A stretch of 64,000 nucleotides of DNA from contig CAVWFR010000011.1 in assembly GCA_963754305.1 (NCBI GenBank), positions 194,505 to 258,504 on the forward strand. The letters are read 5' to 3'. Under the pieces are notes generated by a model, which was given only the letters and a program-made list of their open reading frames with translations, did not search any database and was not told the origin of the DNA. This stretch comes from an uncultured beta proteobacterium. GTDB lineage: Bacteria > Pseudomonadota > Gammaproteobacteria > Burkholderiales > SG8-39. The position numbers and the translations under genes are program-made. Positions within the stretch are counted from its first letter, which is position 1. Each line of letters starts with the position of its first letter. Shown here in pieces: positions 58,531-64,000 of this stretch.

Positions 58531-59060
58531 CGCCATTCCTTCCGGCGACGATCGCCGCCCGGGACGGGCGGCGCGCATGGGTCCGCCCGGTGCGCGCGGC
58601 GGATGGACCGCTCGTGCAGCAGTTTGTGCGAGAGCTGTCGCCGCAGTCGCGCCGCAATCGTTTCTTCGGCCCGCTGCGCGAGCTGTCGTCGTCACAGCTC
58701 GAACGTATGACCCGCTTTGCGGCACCGGACGAGCTCGGCCTGGTCGCGCTCGCCGGCACCGCTTCGCCGCGCATCGTCGCCATCGCCCAGCACGCCGTTT
58801 GCGACCCGCCGGTTGCGGAGCTGGCCGTGGCGGTCGCGGACGACTGGCAGCGGCGGGGGCTCGGCGAACAGCTCGTCACCCGCCTCCTCGCGTACGCGTC
58901 GCGGACCGGTGTGGCAGCGATGCACGGGCTGGTGATGGCCACCAACCAGCCGATGCTGGCGCTCGCCGCCAAGCTCGGCTTCGCCCTCGACGACGACGCC
59001 GATCCCGCGCTCGTGCGCATCGCAAGGCCCCTCGGCCGCGCGCTCGCGGCCGCCGTTTGA
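58527..59060 (+). CDS. GNAT family N-acetyltransferase
   Basis: VRPV..AD, LSPQSRRNRFF, AELAVAVADDWQRRGLG, N.PMLALA.KLGF. Confidence 0.88.
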   Translation: MTPFLPATIAARDGRRAWVRPVRAADGPLVQQFVRELSPQSRRNRFFGPLRELSSSQLERMTRFAAPDELGLVALAGTASPRIVAIAQHAVCDPPVAELAVAVADDWQRRGLGEQLVTRLLAYASRTGVAAMHGLVMATNQPMLALAAKLGFALDDDADPALVRIARPLGRALAAAV

Positions 59061-59074
59061 TTCGCGAGACGACG

Positions 59075-60286
59075 ATGATCCGCTGCCGCGGCCCCGCCCT
59101 TATGCTCGCCGCCGCCGCCGCGGTCCTCTCGATCGCGCTCGGCATCCGCCACGCGTTCGGACTGTTCCTGCAGCCGATGAGCTTCGAGTACGGCTGGGGC
59201 CGGGAAGTCTTCGCGTTCGCGATTGCCGCGCAGAACCTGGTCTGGGGCGCGGCGCAGCCGGTGACAGGGATGCTCGCCGACCGCTTCGGCGCGGCGAAGA
59301 CGATGGTCGCCGGTACCGCCCTTTATGTGGCGGGCCTCGTAATGATGTCGCTCGCCTCGACGCCAGGCGCGCTTTTCCTCGGCAGCGGGTTGCTCCTGGG
59401 CCTCGGGCTGAGCGGGACCACCTTCGCGGTGGTGCTCGGGGCGGTGGGCCGCGCCGTGCCGGCCGAGTCGCGCAGCCGCGCGATGGGGATCGCGACGGCG
59501 ATCGGCTCCTTCGGCCAGTTCGTGATGCTGCCCGGCAGTCATTCGCTCATCGGCTGGCTCGGCTGGTCGGCAGCGCTGATCGTGCTGGCCGGCATCGCGG
59601 CGTCGATGGCCGCGCTCTCGACCGCGCTGCCCTGGCACGACTCCGGCGCGAGGGCGGACGCGGGGATGCGCGCGGGGGACGCGCTGCGCCTCGCGCTGGC
59701 GCACAACGGCTTCCGGCTCCTCGCCTTCGGATTCTTCGTGTGCGGGTTCCAGGTCGTCTTCATCATCACCCACCTGCCCGCGTTCCTCGTCGATCGCGGG
59801 CTGTCGCTATCGGTGGGGACGACGGTCCTCGCGCTGATCGGCCTCGCGAACGTCGCCGGCGCCTATCTCGCCGGCGTGTGGGGCGCGCGATACCGCAAGC
59901 CCGCGCTGCTCGCGGCGATCTACGCCGGCCGGGCGCTCGTCATCGCGGCGTTCATCTGGCTCCCGATCACCGAGGTATCGGCCTACGTCTTCGGCGTCGC
60001 GATCGGGCTGCTCTGGATGAGCACGGTTCCGCTCACCAACGGGACGGTGGCGGCGGTGTTCGGGGTGCGTAACCTGGCAATGCTCAGCGGCATCGTCTTC
60101 TTCGTCCACCAAGTGGGCGCGTTCCTCGGCGGGTGGCTGGGCGGCTATCTCTACGACCGCGCCGGGACGTACGACGGCGTGTGGATGATCGCGGTGGGCT
60201 TGAGCGTGCTCGCCGCGGTGGTGAACCTTCCGATCCGCGAGGAGCCGGCGCCCCGCCAGAGGACCGCCGGCCAAGCGGCGACATGA
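59075..60286 (+). CDS. MFS transporter
   Basis: G.RHAFGLF, GMLADRFG, GFFVCGF, HQVGAFLG. Confidence 0.92.
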   Translation: MIRCRGPALMLAAAAAVLSIALGIRHAFGLFLQPMSFEYGWGREVFAFAIAAQNLVWGAAQPVTGMLADRFGAAKTMVAGTALYVAGLVMMSLASTPGALFLGSGLLLGLGLSGTTFAVVLGAVGRAVPAESRSRAMGIATAIGSFGQFVMLPGSHSLIGWLGWSAALIVLAGIAASMAALSTALPWHDSGARADAGMRAGDALRLALAHNGFRLLAFGFFVCGFQVVFIITHLPAFLVDRGLSLSVGTTVLALIGLANVAGAYLAGVWGARYRKPALLAAIYAGRALVIAAFIWLPITEVSAYVFGVAIGLLWMSTVPLTNGTVAAVFGVRNLAMLSGIVFFVHQVGAFLGGWLGGYLYDRAGTYDGVWMIAVGLSVLAAVVNLPIREEPAPRQRTAGQAAT

Positions 60287-60408
60287 ACGTAGCCGCCCGA
60301 TGGCTCCTCGCCGGGGCCGCGGCGGCGGTCACCGCAGCCGCCTGGGCCGGTTACCGCCGGCCCGACTTCCTGCTCTGGCTGGGAAACGCGGTGTTCCTCT
60401 GTGGTTGA
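60283..60408 (+). CDS. 41-aa membrane microprotein coupled to the MFS gene
   Basis: ATGA overlap; MNVAARWLLAGAAAAVTAAAWAGYRRPDFLLWLGNAVFLCG. Confidence 0.65.
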   Translation: MNVAARWLLAGAAAAVTAAAWAGYRRPDFLLWLGNAVFLCG

Positions 60409-60510
60409 TGTGTTGCCGTCGAAACAAATCGGTGCACGACAGACATAGCGGGGTTACCGGCGTATGTGAGCATCGGGTCTGATGTCTCACACCATAGACG
60501 GAGGCCGGCG

Positions 60511-60798
60511 ATGAAGGTCCTCGAAGCGAATGAGCTGGAATGCCTGGTACGGCACACGTTCCCGGCCAAACCGCGGTTCTCGGTCCAGGCCGATCTCGGA
60601 CTGACGCCGGCCCGCATGCCCGCCACCGCGTTCGTCCACGGCGGCCCGGATCCGTATCTCGACCGACAGCTGGACGACTGGCTGAGCGGCGCGCTGAGCT
60701 TCGTAGGACTCTACCCGCTGCTCAACCGCTTGTGCACCAGCGGCGCGTTGCCACCCGGCGATTACGCGGTGGCCGCGGCCCGGCGAGCACGGCAGTAG
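60511..60798 (+). CDS. Hypothetical protein
   Basis: GGAGG RBS; 95 aa ending in LPPGDYAV.. Confidence 0.65.
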   Translation: MKVLEANELECLVRHTFPAKPRFSVQADLGLTPARMPATAFVHGGPDPYLDRQLDDWLSGALSFVGLYPLLNRLCTSGALPPGDYAVAAARRARQ

Positions 60799-60850
60799 CC
60801 CGTCTCCGAACTGCGTCGATCCGGAGCTCCAGGCTCATCCGCTTCCCCCG

Positions 60851-61747
60851 CTAGGCGCGCGGCGGCAGGTTCACCAGCACGATCCCGCCGGCGACCGCGA
60901 GCGCCGCGGCGAGAAACGCCGGCGTGATCGGGTCGCCGAGGAGCGCCGCGCCCAGCGCGACGCCGAAGAGCGGCGTCATGAAGGTGAACGTCGCAAGCCG
61001 CGCGGCGAGGTACGTCCTGAGCAGCCAGAACCAGGCGAGGTAGCTCGCGAACGCCACGACCGCGCCCTGGAACGCGAGGCTCGCGATCGCGAGCGGCGTG
61101 ACCCGCACGACGCCGGGCTCGCCGATCGCGATCGAGACGAGCGGCAGCACCGCCGCCGAAACGGCGAGCTGGTAGAAGAGCGTGCGCGTCGCCGGGATGC
61201 GGGCGAGCTTCGTCGCGCGCATCACCACGATCGTCGATGCCCAGAAGATCGCGGCGATGATGCCGTAGAGGTCGCCGCGCAGCGTCCCGCCGCCGGCCGC
61301 GGAGAACCCCTGCGAGAACGCTGCGATGATGCCGCCGAATGCGAGCAGCACGCCCGCCCACTGCCGCGCGTGGAGGCGCTCGCTCGGGACGAATACGGGC
61401 AGCAGTAAGGCCGTCAGGCACGGCGTCAGGTACACGAACACCACCATGCGCGATGCGGTCGTGTAGCCGAGCCCGGCGTAGATGAAGGCGAACTCGCCGG
61501 CGAACATCGCGCCGGCGACGAGCGCCGGCAGCAAGGCGCCGTCGCGCTCGAAGAGCGGGACGCGGCGCAACCGCGCCCACGCGAACACCAGGCACGTGGC
61601 GATGATCGACCGGATCGCCGCCTGCATGACGAGCGAAACGTCGGAGCCGATCACCTTGATCGCTACCTGCTGGAAGCCCCAGAGGAAGCAGAGGCCCGTC
61701 ATCAGGCCGAACGCGAAAGCGTCCAGCGGCTTGCGGTCGGGCGGCAT
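60851..61747 (-). CDS. DMT/EamA family transporter
   Basis: LWGFQQVAIK, ASR..VF.Y, GD..G, SYL.WF.LL..Y.A. Confidence 0.92.
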   Translation of the reverse strand: MPPDRKPLDAFAFGLMTGLCFLWGFQQVAIKVIGSDVSLVMQAAIRSIIATCLVFAWARLRRVPLFERDGALLPALVAGAMFAGEFAFIYAGLGYTTASRMVVFVYLTPCLTALLLPVFVPSERLHARQWAGVLLAFGGIIAAFSQGFSAAGGGTLRGDLYGIIAAIFWASTIVVMRATKLARIPATRTLFYQLAVSAAVLPLVSIAIGEPGVVRVTPLAIASLAFQGAVVAFASYLAWFWLLRTYLAARLATFTFMTPLFGVALGAALLGDPITPAFLAAALAVAGGIVLVNLPPRA

Positions 61748-61803
61748 GGCAAGGCGTTGTCGTTGCGAGCGCGGAGCTTTACCGGTGATCGGATAATCGG
61801 GGC

Positions 61804-62448
61804 ATGCCGCGCCGACCCAACACGCCGGTTCGCACGCTCGTTCGCACCGGCCGGCGCGTCGGCCGCGCGGCCGCGCGCCTGCCGGCGCTCTTCGCGCTCG
61901 CGCGCGCGCTTCGTCCGGACGGATTTCCCGCCGAGGAAACGCGCGAGCTGGCGGAGGTGCGGGCGCGGATTCCCCTCCGCCTCGCGCTCGAGCTTCGAGC
62001 AGAGGTGGCGGCGACGCTGGGGATCGCCGCGCGCGCGATGCGGCTCCGGCTGCTCACCGTGCAGGCTTGCGGCCCGGTGAGCCTCCACGACGACAAGTTC
62101 CGCTATCCCGGCGTCTACTTCGCGATCGTCGTCGCGCATGCCGGCCGCCTCGGGATCGTCGATCATCGCGCGCGGGCCGCGGCCCATGTGCCGGGCGAAA
62201 TCCTGGTGCTCGATCCCTACCGCCGTCACGGGCTCGTGCCGGTCGGGAGCACCGCTGCCGAGCATCCCTACGAGCGGACGCACAGTCCAGTGCACGAACC
62301 CGCCGACCAGTTCCTGTTCCTCTGCTTCGACGTGAAGCGGCCGCGGCTGCGCGGGCGGCTGCGGAATGCGTCGGAGACGGGGGCCGTATCGATCAGCGCG
62401 GCGCGATCGATTGTTTTCCGGATAACGGAACGGATTTGCGCATCTTGA
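61804..62448 (+). CDS. Hypothetical protein with cupin/2OG-Fe(II)-like HxD..H pattern
   Basis: VSLHDD..YFAIVV..GEILVLDPYRRHG. Confidence 0.55.
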   Translation: MPRRPNTPVRTLVRTGRRVGRAAARLPALFALARALRPDGFPAEETRELAEVRARIPLRLALELRAEVAATLGIAARAMRLRLLTVQACGPVSLHDDKFRYPGVYFAIVVAHAGRLGIVDHRARAAAHVPGEILVLDPYRRHGLVPVGSTAAEHPYERTHSPVHEPADQFLFLCFDVKRPRLRGRLRNASETGAVSISAARSIVFRITERICAS

Positions 62449-62512
62449 CGATCCGGCAGGCGTGGGCGTAGCGTTTGCTTCGGAAGCCGCTTCCCGCCCC
62501 CGAGGAGGAGTC

Positions 62513-63505
62513 ATGGTCACCGCAATCGCGCATCGCGCCGCCGCCGCATCCGTCACCGTGCTTGCCGCATTGGCAATACTCACGGCGGCACCCGCCGCCG
62601 CGCAGCAGTGGCCGACGAAGCCGGTGCGTCTCGTCGTCACGTTCTCCCCCGGCGGCTCGAGCGACATCGTCGCGCGGGCGCTGTCGGTGCCGCTGCAGGC
62701 GAAGCTCGGCCAGCCGGTCATCGTCGACAACAAGCCCGGCGCGGGCGGAACGATCGGCGCCTCGGAGATCGCGCGCGCCGCGCCCGACGGCTACAACCTG
62801 CTGATGTCGAACACCACGCCGATCTCGCTGGCGCCAGCGATGCTCACGCCGCCGCCGTACGACTCGATCAAGAACTTCACCCACGTGAGCCTCGTCGCGG
62901 TAGTGCCGGACGTGATCATGGTTCACCCCTCGGTGCCGGCGAAGAACATGAAGGAGCTGGTCGCCTGGATCAAGGCGCAGCCGAATCCGGTCAACTTCGG
63001 CTCCGGCGGCATCGGGTCGATCGGGCACATCCTCGGCGAGATGTTCAAGAAGGAGGCGGGCGTGAAGATCGAGCACGTCGGCTACAAGGGCAGCGCGCCG
63101 ATGATCACCGACCTGATCGGGGGGACGTTGAGCTTCTCGTTCGACACGCTGCCGCAGAACGTGCCGCACATCAAGTCGGGCAAGCTGCGCCCGGTCGCGG
63201 TGACCTCCCGGGCGCGGGCGGCGATCGCCCCCGACGTGCCGAGCGTGACCGAGGAGGGCATGGCGTTTCTCGTCGCCGAAAACTTCATCGGCGTTTCCGG
63301 GCCGGCCGGCCTGCCCGACCCGATCGTGAAGCGCCTCTACGCGGCGATCCAGGAATCGCTCGACGACCCGAACTTCGTGAAGCGCCTCAACGACCTCGGC
63401 TTCGCCATCCAGAAGATGTCGACCGCGGACTTCCAGGCGTTCGTCCAGAACCAGATCACCGGCTGGGCGCCGGCGGTGAAGGCGTCCGGGGCGAAGCTGA
63501 ACTAG
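62513..63505 (+). CDS. Bug/TctC substrate-binding protein
   Basis: GAGGAG RBS; WPTKPV, PGGSSD, NKPGAGG, PDGY, YKGSAP. Confidence 0.94.
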   Translation: MVTAIAHRAAAASVTVLAALAILTAAPAAAQQWPTKPVRLVVTFSPGGSSDIVARALSVPLQAKLGQPVIVDNKPGAGGTIGASEIARAAPDGYNLLMSNTTPISLAPAMLTPPPYDSIKNFTHVSLVAVVPDVIMVHPSVPAKNMKELVAWIKAQPNPVNFGSGGIGSIGHILGEMFKKEAGVKIEHVGYKGSAPMITDLIGGTLSFSFDTLPQNVPHIKSGKLRPVAVTSRARAAIAPDVPSVTEEGMAFLVAENFIGVSGPAGLPDPIVKRLYAAIQESLDDPNFVKRLNDLGFAIQKMSTADFQAFVQNQITGWAPAVKASGAKLN

Positions 63506-63562
63506 GGAGAGACGGAGAGAGGATCGCCGCCGCAGCGGCGACTCCATATCCTGTCGACGCGT

Positions 63563-64000
63563 CTACTTCCCGGCCTTCGCCTTCGGCAGCACGACGTCCC
63601 ACTTGCCGCGGGCGTCGACGAACATCACGCAGTCCTGCGCGCCCTCGCAGCGCGCGGCGTGCGGCGCCTTGCCGGTGAAGGCGAAGTACGAGCCCGGCGG
63701 CAGGCGATGCTCCTTGCCGTCCACGATGAGGACGAGGTTCCCCGCGACCGTGGTCACGTAGTGGTCCGGGGAGTGATGGTGGACGGGCGCTGCGAACCCC
63801 GCGGCGTACTTCAGGTAGAAGTGGCTCGCGCCCTTCGCCGTGTCGCCCTTGACGGCCGCGGTCTCCACGCCGGGAACCCCGGCGCCGATCCATTTCAAGT
63901 CCGCCACCGGCGTCAGCACCGCCTTGGCCGGCGTCGCGCCTTGCGCGAGCAGCGCGGACGGCAGCGCCAGCGTGACCGCGACCACGGCAACGCTCGTCAG
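63563..64000 (-). CDS. Exported cupin (DUF4437-like) protein, 5' end at or beyond the window edge
   Basis: Signal-like N-terminus; P.H.HS.D....V.G, LPPGSY..F..K.PH...C; frame open to 64000. Confidence 0.8.
   Translation of the reverse strand: MTSVAVVAVTLALPSALLAQGATPAKAVLTPVADLKWIGAGVPGVETAAVKGDTAKGASHFYLKYAAGFAAPVHHHSPDHYVTTVAGNLVLIVDGKEHRLPPGSYFAFTGKAPHAARCEGAQDCVMFVDARGKWDVVLPKAKAGK

Noticed and set aside
1-64000. rRNA, tRNA, transposase or integrase genes
   Set aside because: None recognised on either strand by eye; a tRNAscan/Infernal/ISEScan run would be needed to exclude them formally

Overview
High-GC (~70%) bacterial chromosomal segment, most consistent with a Betaproteobacterium (Bug/TTT binding proteins, betaproteobacterial-type Rieske oxygenase, NrdJ). 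About 65 protein-coding genes; no rRNA, tRNA, CRISPR array, transposase or prophage structural gene was recognised. Housekeeping and stress genes: htpX, apt, ada, pdxH, two msrA, nfi, nrdJ with tandem NrdR boxes. Accessory modules: (i) a signalling cluster of adenylate cyclase-FHA / FecR-like protein / c-heme DUF3365-HAMP membrane protein with no output domain / soluble Ser/Thr kinase with a duplicated C-terminal helical repeat (21.1-25.7 kb; my best candidate for an undescribed system); (ii) an SPFH-DUF4178-microprotein-DUF350-membrane spermidine synthase-Tat flavin oxidase-Zn-ribbon operon (37.9-45.4 kb); (iii) a cyclic beta-glucan ndvB/ndvC-like locus with a sigma54-like site; (iv) a secreted vanadium-haloperoxidase-like gene plus methyltransferase whose AraC regulator is broken; (v) a hybrid PAS kinase/OmpR pair facing a run of small, odd proteins including an OsmC lacking both redox cysteines; (vi) an orphan RecE-like nuclease. 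At the DNA level the window shows about nine collapsed gene relics, several with their 5' and 3' ends joined, a dispersed ~85-bp double-hairpin repeat whose ends often fall on CTAG stop codons, and an intergenic frame mixing Hcp-like and DUF1559-like motifs. All calls come from motif recognition by eye; no searches were run.
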